Assembly (NCBI GenBank): GCA_963675295.2
Contig: CAXXKJ010000002.1
Coordinates: forward strand, 4,192,001 to 4,256,000
Origin: a bacterium
GTDB taxonomy: Bacteria > Electryoneota > Electryoneia > Electryoneales > Electryoneaceae
Direction: 5' to 3'
DNA: 64,000 nt
Shown here: positions 28,320 to 38,021 of the stretch, piece after piece
Position numbering within the stretch: position 1 is the stretch's first letter
Layout: every line of letters starts with the position of its first letter
Program-made: the position numbers and the translations under genes
The notes under the pieces: generated by a model
Databases searched by the model: none
Seen by the model: only the letters and a program-made list of their open reading frames with translations
What the model was told of the DNA's origin: nothing

Positions 28320-29726
28320 TCAGCTAATGGCAGGGGTGGGGAATTCAAGTGTTGCACGGAACAGATTATCTGTGGTCAGGTCGTATCGCACTTTGATCCC
28401 AAGCGCGTTGGCATAAGCCTCGACCAGTGTCAGCCCAAGCCCAAACCGCTCAGTACCACTCCGATTCTCGTCCTTCTGCCAGAACGGTTTCGCGATATCA
28501 GCCAGGTCAACCGTTTGCAGCGATTGCGTGGGGTTGCTGATGGACCAGGTGATACTCGTTGCATGGGTCGCTAGCTCAATTGCTATACGCTCATGATCGT
28601 TGGTGTAATGGCAGGCATTAATCATCAGATTTGAAAACATGGATTTCAGCAATTCTGCGGATGATTTAATTTGAACATGATCCGGCAACCGAGTCTGGAT
28701 CGTACACACACTTCCAGTCCGGTCCTGCAGGCCGGCTAGCGTGTACGCTGTGAGCGCCGCGAGATCAACCATGTCATCGGGAACACTCTTGCGGATTTCC
28801 TCCGAACGTGCGATGGCGAGCAATGCACTTACCAGCACATCCAACTGTTTGGAAATGGCCAAGATGTCGTTGAGGTAGATTATCTGTGATGAGTCATCTG
28901 TGTTCTGTAGCCGCTGGAGTTCAACCTCTGCGAGTGTTCGTAGCTCAGCGATTGGGGTCCGGAGTTCATGAGCAGCATCCGCAGTGAATCGTTTCTCGCG
29001 CTGATACGCTTCATCTATGCGATAGAATGCTCTGTTTAAAGCTGCAACAAGGGGGCGAACTTCTTTAGGCTGGATTTGTTCCGGCAGCCGCTGATCGAGT
29101 TTGTCCACATCCAGGTTTTCAACGGATACTTGGAGTTGATGCAATCGTCCCAGCGCCCAATTGACCGCTAACAACACCACGGGAATTGTAATGATTAGTA
29201 GCACAACACCGGCAACAACGATTCCAGCCAGCACTGACCTCAATGTTGTGTCCAATGGTTCACGGGTGGTTGCCAGAGAAAGGACAAGCGGAACAGGATC
29301 ATTGGTCTCAGATGGTTCTTCAATTCGTGGAACGTAAGCCCATCTCAGCAGGCGACCGGCAGATCCATTGGGGAGGATGACATTGTTGAAAACCATTGAA
29401 TCCGGCATGCTGTCATCACGAACCATTTCATCAATTCCGTACTCGACCAGAACAGTGCCCGTAGCTGTCACGAGCATGAACCACGGATCAGCAGTTGTAT
29501 CAAGTAGTGCATGATTGGCAAGGTCTTCCAAGTCGATTTCGAACTGGCCACGCTCGTTGATTTCTGTGACCTGAATGATGTTCTGAGCTTGTTCCTGCAT
29601 TCCATTGTCGAATGATGCTTGCATCGTCTGATGCAGGGTAGACCACATCATTGCTCCAGCGATCAGAATCAAGATGGTGAAGCTGGCCAACAAACTGATC
29701 AGCAGACGTGTGTGTATGGAGTTCAC
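28320..29726 (-). CDS. Sensor histidine kinase (QseC/CusS-like)
   Basis: Two TMs, HAMP, FTADAAHELRTP, GLGLTLV. Confidence 0.93.
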   Translation of the reverse strand: MNSIHTRLLISLLASFTILILIAGAMMWSTLHQTMQASFDNGMQEQAQNIIQVTEINERGQFEIDLEDLANHALLDTTADPWFMLVTATGTVLVEYGIDEMVRDDSMPDSMVFNNVILPNGSAGRLLRWAYVPRIEEPSETNDPVPLVLSLATTREPLDTTLRSVLAGIVVAGVVLLIITIPVVLLAVNWALGRLHQLQVSVENLDVDKLDQRLPEQIQPKEVRPLVAALNRAFYRIDEAYQREKRFTADAAHELRTPIAELRTLAEVELQRLQNTDDSSQIIYLNDILAISKQLDVLVSALLAIARSEEIRKSVPDDMVDLAALTAYTLAGLQDRTGSVCTIQTRLPDHVQIKSSAELLKSMFSNLMINACHYTNDHERIAIELATHATSITWSISNPTQSLQTVDLADIAKPFWQKDENRSGTERFGLGLTLVEAYANALGIKVRYDLTTDNLFRATLEFPTPAIS

Positions 29727-30400
29727 TCCTCCACCCCACCGATCATGTAGCCCAATCCACGTCGTGTTCTAATGAATGATATTTGTCCCGGTACGTCGAT
29801 CATTTTACGCAGGGTGCTGATTGCAGCTTCGACGGCATTGCTGGCAGGTTGACGGTCGTCGTCATAGAGGTGCAGTTCCAGTTCCCGACGGGTAACCATC
29901 TGACCCTGCCGCAACATCATGTACTCCAGCAGTGCCAGTTCACGTGGACGCATGTCCAGCGGTTGTCCATCTCGCCAGACCTGCCGTGTGTTCAGATTAA
30001 GACGAAGAAGATCGCACTCAACGACTGGTGTACGCTGAGCATATCGCCGTCTTACCAATGCTTTCACACGAGCTTGCAGCTCGGTTAGTGCAAAAGGCTT
30101 AACCAGGTAGTCGTCCGCGCCGGCAGTCAATCCCTGCACACGATCATCAACAGTGTCCTTCGCTGAGACAATGATAACCCCGGCAGCATGACCTGATCGT
30201 TTCATGCCCTCAAGCACGGCATACCCATCCTTCTCCGGCAGCATGATATCGAGGATGACTACATCGTAATCAATATCAGCGAGCAAAAGGAGGGCGCAGT
30301 CGCCGTCAGGTGCTGTATCAACAGCATACCCGAGCGTCTGCACCCCTTTCGCCATGTACTTGCGGAGACGTTCGCTGTCCTCAACAATCAGGCAGCGCAT
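29723..30400 (-). CDS. OmpR-family response regulator
   Basis: ILDIMLP, GADDYLVKPF, IRTRRGLGY. Confidence 0.95.
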   Translation of the reverse strand: MRCLIVEDSERLRKYMAKGVQTLGYAVDTAPDGDCALLLLADIDYDVVILDIMLPEKDGYAVLEGMKRSGHAAGVIIVSAKDTVDDRVQGLTAGADDYLVKPFALTELQARVKALVRRRYAQRTPVVECDLLRLNLNTRQVWRDGQPLDMRPRELALLEYMMLRQGQMVTRRELELHLYDDDRQPASNAVEAAISTLRKMIDVPGQISFIRTRRGLGYMIGGVEE

Positions 30401-30403
30401 GGA

Positions 30404-30898
30404 TCAGTCATCGTCTTCGCCATCGTCGTCATCATCATCATCTTCGCCAGACAGTTGTTGTCCATTGCCAAAATACATCAATTCATGAGTGTTGTCACCT
30501 ACCTTGATCTCAACTTCGTAGGCCATGATCTGGATTTTCACTGCTTCCTTGATCTTTGCGCCGTCATATTGCTGCATGATAGCCTGGCGAACGGCTTCCG
30601 GTAGTTGACTGTTTGCGATTTCGGTTTCGATCTCGAGCACTTCACCGTTCTCGCCGACTTCGACTTCAACATCATCTTCTTCGGCTTCGTAGACTGTCAT
30701 CCCACCTTCGGTTTCAGCGACGACATCGCCAGGCTGTTCGCCATCGAAGGCAGCCAGAAATGCTTGCTGTACGGATGCCGGCAACGCATCCCATTTGACC
30801 GAACGTTCGTCATCTTCTGCAATCGTTGTTTGAACGGTACCAAAAACGGCGATTCCAGCGATCAGGATAAATCCTGTCAGCCACAGCATCTTTTTCAT
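30404..30898 (-). CDS. Secreted PepSY-like / BLIP-II-type protein
   Basis: Signal peptide; two LP.AV...repeats with YEVE; acidic tail. Confidence 0.8.
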   Translation of the reverse strand: MKKMLWLTGFILIAGIAVFGTVQTTIAEDDERSVKWDALPASVQQAFLAAFDGEQPGDVVAETEGGMTVYEAEEDDVEVEVGENGEVLEIETEIANSQLPEAVRQAIMQQYDGAKIKEAVKIQIMAYEVEIKVGDNTHELMYFGNGQQLSGEDDDDDDDGEDDD

Positions 30899-31093
30899 CT
30901 CATCTCTCCTCAGTGTTCAACCTTAAATCTGTGTGCCCTGAAGTATAGAATCGCGAATCTTACACGATAATTACCTACCCATCAAAAAGCGCCACTGAAG
31001 AGCAACAGATTGCCCGGATCATCCAGGTAGCCTAATGGAAATCTCCTGTCACCCCCTCAAAGATTCGTTGGCCCATATTTGGCCCACGGACGG

Positions 31094-31127
31094 AAAAAGA
31101 GGTTACGCCAATTTGCGTAACCTCTTT
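31094..31127 (-). terminator. Terminator downstream of tRNA-Lys (island-supplied)
   Basis: AAAGAGGTTACGC...GCGTAACCTCTTT hairpin. Confidence 0.75.
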
Positions 31128-31137
31128 CTATTTCTAG

Positions 31138-31210
31138 TGCGCCATCAGGGACTTGAACCCCGAACCTGCGGATTAAGAGTCCGTTGCTCTGCCAATTGAG
31201 CTAATGGCGC
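31138..31210 (-). tRNA. tRNA-Lys(CTT)
   Basis: GCGCCATTAGCTCAATTGGCAGAGCAACGGACTCTTAATCCGCAGGTTCGGGGTTCAAGTCCCTGATGGCGCA cloverleaf; CCA not encoded. Confidence 0.95.
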
Positions 31211-31595
31211 AAAATGCTTGTTGTGTTTACGGTGTGGCTGCCAGCTCACGCCACGGTTGCAAGTCTACTGTACAGTGGGGTCGCGAATCTGCTGTAGAAA
31301 CGATCTACGACCAGATGTACACCTGTCTTCGAACTCGCTGTGCCGCGAAACCGTTGTCAAGTCTACCGTTGTCCAGCGAACTGAGTGTCGGCGACCTCGC
31401 CGCAAACGACCCGCCATGATACGAAACGAGCGCGCCCGGCGCAACTGTGTTCTCCGCGCAGCGCGCCTGGACACTTGATCAGATGGTTCTCAGCAAACAG
31501 AATCTCGTAAACGCCCGTCAATCAGCGACGTTGCAGCGTCCGCCACACCGGATGCAATCTAACCTGGAGAACTCCCGTTCGCCTGGAATCGACGC

Positions 31596-32018
31596 TTATT
31601 CGGAATCGGTTTGAGCCTCATCCATGTTCTGTTCGGCGAACTTCATCACTTCTTCGATGTCTTCGACATCCTTGCCGAGATTGGCCAGTTCCCACCGGGC
31701 GGACATCACCATGCCGCTGTCGCTGGTTGCGCTGTAGGTGTCGAGGAACGTCTTGTACGCTTCCTTGGCCATGGTGGTGTCACGGATGTCATTGGCGTAC
31801 AGGAAGCCGATCATGAACTGGGCTTCGTCGGCACGTTCGCCGTTCGGATAGGCGTCAACCACCGCCTGGTAAGCGGCGACAGCTGCGTAGAAGTCGCGTG
31901 CTTCCTGGGCCTTCTTGGCCTTGACAAACAGTTCTTCTTCCGATGGACCGCTGGCACAACCGGTGCTCAGAACCAGCGCCGTCACCAGCACAAGGGCGGC
32001 CAGGATGATACGTTTCAT
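31596..32018 (-). CDS. TPR lipoprotein (BamD/CpoB-like)
   Basis: STGC lipobox; AYQAVVDAYPNGERADEAQFMIG TPR. Confidence 0.8.
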   Translation of the reverse strand: MKRIILAALVLVTALVLSTGCASGPSEEELFVKAKKAQEARDFYAAVAAYQAVVDAYPNGERADEAQFMIGFLYANDIRDTTMAKEAYKTFLDTYSATSDSGMVMSARWELANLGKDVEDIEEVMKFAEQNMDEAQTDSE

Positions 32019-32103
32019 CACTGCTATCCCCACAGTTTCGTTGCATCTACACTGGAATATGGACCGCTTGATCGAACTCCGCAACCGGTCTCTCGTTGAT
32101 GGT

Positions 32104-33057
32104 TCAGGTTCGGGCCGTGGTTTCGACCCCGGCGGCATCGAACGCCATCGCCGCCGCGCCCAGCATGCCGGACTTGTCCTGCAGTTTCGCCCGGCTGAAT
32201 GTACAATCATTCCAATTCGGCGCAAAGCAGCGTGACTGGGCGACCAACCGTGCCGGCTTCAGCAGGTGTTCACCGGCGCCGGAGATTCCGCCGCCGATCA
32301 GCACCGCTTCCGGATTGAAGATGTTAATGTACGCCGCGACACCCGCGCCAAGGTACTGACCCACACGTCGCCAGACCTCGAGCGCTCGCTCGTCACCCTC
32401 GGATGCCGCTTTCGCCAGCAGATCCGGCGTCGCTGGCGGAGTTTCCGGCAAATAGACCTCATTTGCCTCGCGTAGCACGCCGGTAATGCTGCAGTAGCTC
32501 TCGAAGCTGCCCTTGACCTTGGTGCCACACTCCGGCCCGTTGATATCCAGCGGGATGTGGCCCAGTTCGCCCGCGCCGCCGTTGAAGCCACGCAGCAGCT
32601 TGCCGTCCACCATCACGCCGCCACCGACGCCGGTACCCAAAGTGAGCACGACAACGTGCTTCATCCCGACCGCGCCACCCCAGCGGCTCTCGGAATAAAC
32701 GAGCACGTTCGCGTCGTTCTCCAGCACCAGGGGCAGGTCGGTTCCGACCTTTTCACGAACCTTCTCCGCCAAGGACACATCATGCCACTCGGGGAAGTTC
32801 GGGGACAGACGCACGACAGTCCGTGTCGCGTCAATCAGTCCCGGCGACCCGATACCGATCCCGGCAACCGGAAGTTCGCTCCGGTTGAGTCCGTCCTGCA
32901 CCAGGCTGGCAATGGTTTCGACCACGTGCTCCACCGAACGGGACTTCAACGGCACGGTTTCTTCATGGCCGACCGACCCATCGGTGCGGATTAATCCCCA
33001 CTTGATGGACGATCCCCCGAGGTCAACGCCAATGGCAACAGTCTGGTCAAACGGCAT
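32104..33057 (-). CDS. ROK family sugar kinase (glucokinase-like)
   Basis: GVDLGGS, ENDAN, LGTGVGGG, AGELGH. Confidence 0.92.
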   Translation of the reverse strand: MPFDQTVAIGVDLGGSSIKWGLIRTDGSVGHEETVPLKSRSVEHVVETIASLVQDGLNRSELPVAGIGIGSPGLIDATRTVVRLSPNFPEWHDVSLAEKVREKVGTDLPLVLENDANVLVYSESRWGGAVGMKHVVVLTLGTGVGGGVMVDGKLLRGFNGGAGELGHIPLDINGPECGTKVKGSFESYCSITGVLREANEVYLPETPPATPDLLAKAASEGDERALEVWRRVGQYLGAGVAAYINIFNPEAVLIGGGISGAGEHLLKPARLVAQSRCFAPNWNDCTFSRAKLQDKSGMLGAAAMAFDAAGVETTART

Positions 33058-33343
33058 ACAAAAGGTTCCGGTTCAATGTGCCCGATACTCGCCGGACGGG
33101 TTCCAGGTTCCCCCCGGTCTCGCGGTAGATTCCGGGGAACAGCTTGCACCCGGCGAATATAGGCTCGTCGTGGCGTTCACGCAGCCCCTCCACCGAAGAT
33201 TGAGAGATTGGCCACGCGGAGGTGCTCTGGACGCCCAACAATCAGGCTGATGTGCTCGATCCATTCCCAGCGTTGGCGGGGACGGTGTCTGGTTGTACCT
33301 TGCGGACGTCGTAAACGGTTCACCCCCCACCGGTGAGGTCTAG

Positions 33344-34243
33344 ATGAAACGTGCATGGTTGCTGGTTGTTGTGCTGCTCGTCGCGTTCGTGAACGGAGCG
33401 TTCGCGGACAGCTGGGCGGATTCGTTACGCGCCGAACGAGCCGAAGCGGACGAGTACCTCGCAAACAGTCCGCTGAGCCCGTTCGCGGCGATCGGGCAGA
33501 CCGTTCTGCGTCCCGGCCAGGCGCTGCGTGTGGTGTTGCCGGTGGATACCCTGCTGCTCGGCTATCCGACCGCTGACCCCGGCCTGCCACAGTTGGAGTT
33601 AACCTATCAGCCGGACGTGCCGGTGGTATATGTCCGCAGTCCGCACGGCGGCGACTTTCACCTCAACCGGCAGAAGATCGGCCCGATCCCGTTGGCGGTG
33701 AGCAGCGCGGACACGGTTCACGCCGAGATCTTTCTGCTCAAGGCGTACGCCAGCAACAGCTCGGCACGGCTGCGTGCGTTCAAGCCGGGCGGGTACGGCC
33801 AGACGCAGTTCCACGGCCTCAACTGGTACCCGCCAAACCCAGACCTGCGGCTGACCGCGACGATCACACCGGCCGCGCGTGACACCGTCATCATGCCGAC
33901 CTCCGCCGGGCTGGAGAAGTCGTACATCCGGCACAGCACGTTGCGATTTACCGTTGACGGGTTCGACCAAACCCTTACCCTGTTCGCTCCGGCGAGTGAT
34001 CCGGATGCCTACGGCTTTATCCCGTTCACCGACGCCGGCGCGGGCGAAGCGACGTACGGCGGCGGGCGCTACATCGACCTCGACCTGCCCGCGGACGGCC
34101 AAACCGAGCTGACGCTCGATTTTAACGATGCTTACAATCCGTTGTGCGCCTACGTTCCGCACTACAACTGCCCGATTCCGCCGCCGGAAAACGCGCTCGA
34201 CATCGCGATCGAAGCGGGCGAGATGATCTACGAGAAGCACTGA
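33344..34243 (+). CDS. DUF1684 family protein
   Basis: PFTD...TYGGGRYID...LDFNDAYNPLCAY...CPIPPPEN. Confidence 0.9.
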   Translation: MKRAWLLVVVLLVAFVNGAFADSWADSLRAERAEADEYLANSPLSPFAAIGQTVLRPGQALRVVLPVDTLLLGYPTADPGLPQLELTYQPDVPVVYVRSPHGGDFHLNRQKIGPIPLAVSSADTVHAEIFLLKAYASNSSARLRAFKPGGYGQTQFHGLNWYPPNPDLRLTATITPAARDTVIMPTSAGLEKSYIRHSTLRFTVDGFDQTLTLFAPASDPDAYGFIPFTDAGAGEATYGGGRYIDLDLPADGQTELTLDFNDAYNPLCAYVPHYNCPIPPPENALDIAIEAGEMIYEKH

Positions 34244-34845
34244 TGACAACGGGTAAACGTGGCATGCTGATCGCCTTCGAGGGCATTGACGGGTCGGGCA
34301 AATCGACGCAGTGGAAACGTCTCGGTGCGTGGCTGAAAGAACTGGGCCGGGACGTCGTACTGTCATTCGAGCCGACGAAACGTGCGCACGGCCAATGGTT
34401 GCGGGACGCGTGGGCGACGGGTGTCCGGCTACCTGTGGACGAAGAGAAAGCCCTGTTCGACGCCGACCGCCGCGAACACATCGACGAAGTGATCAACCCG
34501 GCGCTCGAACGTGGTGCGATTGTCCTGCTCGACCGCTACTACTACTCCTCTGCGGTGTACCAGGGCACGCGTGAGGGGGAAACACCGGAAGCGGTGTTGC
34601 GGCATTATGAAGCCTTCTGCCCGCGTCCGGATGTGGTGCTGCTGTTCGATTTGCCGGTGGAGGCGGCGTTGCAACGGATGCAGTCCTCCCGGTCCAACCT
34701 CGACGCGATGGAAGTCCGAGACAATCTGGAAACGGTACGGACGGCGTACCTCAACCTGAACCGTCCCGAGATTGTCGTCGTGGACGCTTCCGGCTCACCG
34801 GACGAGGTGTGGGATAGCGTCTTGCGGCACGCGCGGGAGTGGTGA
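34243..34845 (+). CDS. tmk: Thymidylate kinase
   Basis: FEGIDGSGKST P-loop, EP, DRYYYSS; TGATG coupling. Confidence 0.93.
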   Translation: MTTGKRGMLIAFEGIDGSGKSTQWKRLGAWLKELGRDVVLSFEPTKRAHGQWLRDAWATGVRLPVDEEKALFDADRREHIDEVINPALERGAIVLLDRYYYSSAVYQGTREGETPEAVLRHYEAFCPRPDVVLLFDLPVEAALQRMQSSRSNLDAMEVRDNLETVRTAYLNLNRPEIVVVDASGSPDEVWDSVLRHAREW

Positions 34846-35034
34846 CCGGAACGGGAGTAGTGAAAGCGTGTGAACAGGGCGGCTGACCTTCTGGAATGGG
34901 CAGACAGCGAGACTGGGATTACCGCTAGTCATTCTGAAGCCGCGTCTTTTACGGCTGAAGAAGATCCCGATTTGATCACGCCCGCTCATCGTGTTGCCTG
35001 AGCTGTTGAAATTCTGAGCTGGAGAGTTGACCTG

Positions 35035-35880
35035 ATGCCGATGTTGAAACACAATCGTGCCGCGATCCTCTACGATTTCGACGGCACGTTGACCCCGAAA
35101 TACATGCACGACTACGACTTCTTCCCGGAGCTGCAGATCGACGCCGACTCGTTCTGGCAGGAGGTCCGCGCGAAGGCCCGGGAGATGGACGGCGACCAGA
35201 CCCTCGCCTACATGTACCTGATGGTGAAGTATGCCCGGGAGAAGGCAAATGTTGGCCTGACGGCGGATCGATTCCGTGAGTTCGGCCGCAAGGTGGAGTT
35301 CTTCCCAGGCGTCGAGGGCTGGTTTGATCGGATGAACCGTTTCGCGGAGTCCCTCGGCCTGACATTGGAGCATTACATCGTCAGCTCCGGCGTCAAGGAG
35401 ATGATCGAAGGCACAACCATCGCGGACACATTCAAGCGCATTTACGCCTGCGCCTTCCATTACGATCCGGACACCGGCCACGCCGACTGGCCGATCCTGA
35501 ACGTCAATTACACCACCAAGACGCAGTACATCTACCGCATCAGCAAGGGTGTGCTCGACAACTGGGACGGTCCCGGGTTGAACCGTCGCATGGCGGCAGG
35601 CGAGGAGTTCGCGGTACCGATCCGCAACATGCTGTACCTCGGGGATGGCGAGACCGATGTGCCGGGCATGAAGGCGGTACGTCAATACGGCGGGCATGCG
35701 GTCGCGGTGTACGATCACGAAAACATCCGCAAGGTGCAGGAATCGCAGCAGTTGGTGCAGGATGACCGTGTCGATGCCGCCAAGCACGCCGACTATTCCG
35801 AGGGGTCGCTGCTCGATGAGTACGTGAAGGCTGTCCTCCGCGAGATTCAGGCCCATGAGCAGAAGCTGGCGTTGGAATAG
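35035..35880 (+). CDS. HAD-superfamily hydrolase
   Basis: YDFDGTL, VSSG, K, GDGETDVP. Confidence 0.9.
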   Translation: MPMLKHNRAAILYDFDGTLTPKYMHDYDFFPELQIDADSFWQEVRAKAREMDGDQTLAYMYLMVKYAREKANVGLTADRFREFGRKVEFFPGVEGWFDRMNRFAESLGLTLEHYIVSSGVKEMIEGTTIADTFKRIYACAFHYDPDTGHADWPILNVNYTTKTQYIYRISKGVLDNWDGPGLNRRMAAGEEFAVPIRNMLYLGDGETDVPGMKAVRQYGGHAVAVYDHENIRKVQESQQLVQDDRVDAAKHADYSEGSLLDEYVKAVLREIQAHEQKLALE

Positions 35881-36031
35881 TCCTTTCAAGGAAAAACTGG
35901 CCAATCCGCAGGTACTCCCGGAGTCCGGAATTCGTTTACAAATCTCAAGTTATCACTGCTATTGGATCTGAAAACTCGACAAATTCCCTATCATGGTTTG
36001 GACCATGACTGGTTTTCTAAAGGGGGTAAAA

Positions 36032-37885
36032 ATGAAACACACAATCCTCATCCTCACGACGCTTTTCCTTCCGTTGCTTGCCGTGGCCGAGATCCAGTGG
36101 TTGGAACAACCGATTCGTGACAACGTGACCGGCGCGAGCGGGATCGTTTCCATTGATATGGACGGGGACGGTGACCTCGACGTATTGGTTACCAGCAAGG
36201 GAGAAAGCCCGGACTACATTGGGGAACTCTGCTGGTACGAGAACCTTGCCGGTTCGGGCACGATCTGGGAAACCCATCTCATCAGCGACACCGTTCATCG
36301 GGCTTCAAGTCCACAAGCCGTCGACATCGACGGTGACGGTGACTTCGACGCGGTGTGCCTGTTGGAAGACCACGCCATCGGCTGGTGGGAGAATCTGGAC
36401 GGGAACGGAACCAGTTGGAGTGCCACTCCGATCGAACTGCCGAGCAGCGAATCGGCAAACGTTGTAGCTGCCGACATTGACGGCGACGGTGACATGGACC
36501 TTGCGGGATCCAGCGAATCGGGCCAGCCATTTGAAGCGATCAAGTGGTGGGAGAACACGGCTGGCGACGGGACCGCCTGGTCGTCGCACACGGTTGACAG
36601 CAGCTGGGAAGCAATTCATTACGTCACTCTGGATGATGTCAACGGGGACGGCGACATCGACCTGATCACCGTGGATCGCATGTACGGTGATGTGATCTGG
36701 TTTGATAACATGAACGGCGATGGGTCCAGCTGGAGCGATCACACGATCGCCAGCGGTTTCCAGGACGGTCGGATGGCCCGTCTTGATGACATGGACGGCG
36801 ATGGCGACATGGATGTCGTTGCTGCCAGCACCTCCGGTGACGAAATCGTCTGGTGGGACAATCTCGATGGTCTTGGCACCAGCTGGCTGGAACAGTCGGT
36901 GGACAGCGACTTCAACAGCGCGTACGCCGTCTACCCGTTGGACCTGGACGCGGACGGCGACATGGACCTCGCCGGTACGGCGGCGTCCGGATTTCCCAGC
37001 TACGATGGTCAGGTGGTGTGGTGGGAGAATACCGACGGTTCCGGGACAAGCTGGACCCGCTACATCATTGAGTCGGATTTCAGTTCCGCGTACGGCCTGG
37101 CGGTCGGGGACATGAACGGGGACGCTGCCCTCGATATCATCGCGACCTCTTCCGAGTATGATGCCGTCACCTGGTGGGAACAGCGCGGAGGTGGCCCGGT
37201 CGAAGTCATCCTGACACCGTTTGGATCCACCGACCTTCCGGCGAACGGCGGCACATTGTCCTATGAGGCACGTGTCATCAGCTACCTGCCGGGCACGTAC
37301 GAGAATGTGAGTTTCTGGACCAAGGTGAAGCTGCCGAACGGCAATTTCTATCCGCCGGTGCTGTCCTATGTCACCTTCACTCTCGCGCCGTACATCGACC
37401 TCAGCGCTCCCGTCACCCAGCAGATTCCCGCAATGGCTCCGGCGGGGAACTATGAACTCTGGGGCTGGCTCGGTTATCACCCGAATTACGGACCCAGTTT
37501 CAGCGATTTCTTCACGTTCACCAAGAGCGCGGTGACGGGTTCTGGCACGCCGGTCGAGGGATGGAATTCGCACGGCTCGTTCGTGACAGACCAGGACACC
37601 GAACCGGTGACGCAAGCTTCTGCGTTCGCCCTGCGTGCGGTGTATCCGAACCCGCTCAACGCAATGGCTACGGTTTCTGTCGAAGTGCCGGAACGGGCGG
37701 ACTTGTCGGTGCGAGTCGTGAACATCACCGGCCAGCAGGTGGCGGAGTTGGCACATGGATCGTACCAGTCCGGCGTGCACGAGTTCGCGTTCGACGCGAC
37801 CGATTTGGCCAGCGGGATCTACTTCGTCCACGCGAAGGTTCCGGGTCAGCTCGACGCGGTGCAAAAGGTGATGTTGGTACGCTGA
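36032..37885 (+). CDS. Secreted FG-GAP repeat protein with pre-CTD module and T9SS-type CTD
   Basis: Seven DxDGDGDxD/WWEN repeats; PANGG...LPNG...APAGNY; YPNPLN...KVMLVR. Confidence 0.9.
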   Translation: MKHTILILTTLFLPLLAVAEIQWLEQPIRDNVTGASGIVSIDMDGDGDLDVLVTSKGESPDYIGELCWYENLAGSGTIWETHLISDTVHRASSPQAVDIDGDGDFDAVCLLEDHAIGWWENLDGNGTSWSATPIELPSSESANVVAADIDGDGDMDLAGSSESGQPFEAIKWWENTAGDGTAWSSHTVDSSWEAIHYVTLDDVNGDGDIDLITVDRMYGDVIWFDNMNGDGSSWSDHTIASGFQDGRMARLDDMDGDGDMDVVAASTSGDEIVWWDNLDGLGTSWLEQSVDSDFNSAYAVYPLDLDADGDMDLAGTAASGFPSYDGQVVWWENTDGSGTSWTRYIIESDFSSAYGLAVGDMNGDAALDIIATSSEYDAVTWWEQRGGGPVEVILTPFGSTDLPANGGTLSYEARVISYLPGTYENVSFWTKVKLPNGNFYPPVLSYVTFTLAPYIDLSAPVTQQIPAMAPAGNYELWGWLGYHPNYGPSFSDFFTFTKSAVTGSGTPVEGWNSHGSFVTDQDTEPVTQASAFALRAVYPNPLNAMATVSVEVPERADLSVRVVNITGQQVAELAHGSYQSGVHEFAFDATDLASGIYFVHAKVPGQLDAVQKVMLVR

Positions 37886-38021
37886 GCACATGGAAGTTCG
37901 TTACAATTCAAGTATATCATTCCCGTTGTGGTGGCCGTACTTTCCTCCACGGTGGGTAATGTATTACGTTCCAGCTATCACAATTGTCCACCTGTGAATG
38001 GCAGTTTGAAAGGAGTCTGTC

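Larger units (their letters stand above)
20237..31133. mobile_element. Integrase-less genomic island between two att repeats
   Basis: Bounded by 43-bp direct repeats; contains only sensing and transport genes. Confidence 0.75.

Noticed and set aside
33085-33160. SRP (4.5S) RNA
   Set aside because: Lacks the GNRA-capped CAGG/AGCA helix-8 motif.
36305-37891. 528-aa antisense ORF (likewise 24004..24912, 34795..35904, 50442..51503, 56757..58958, 60900..62297)
   Set aside because: Shadow frames opposite well-supported genes, expected from GC-rich codon bias.
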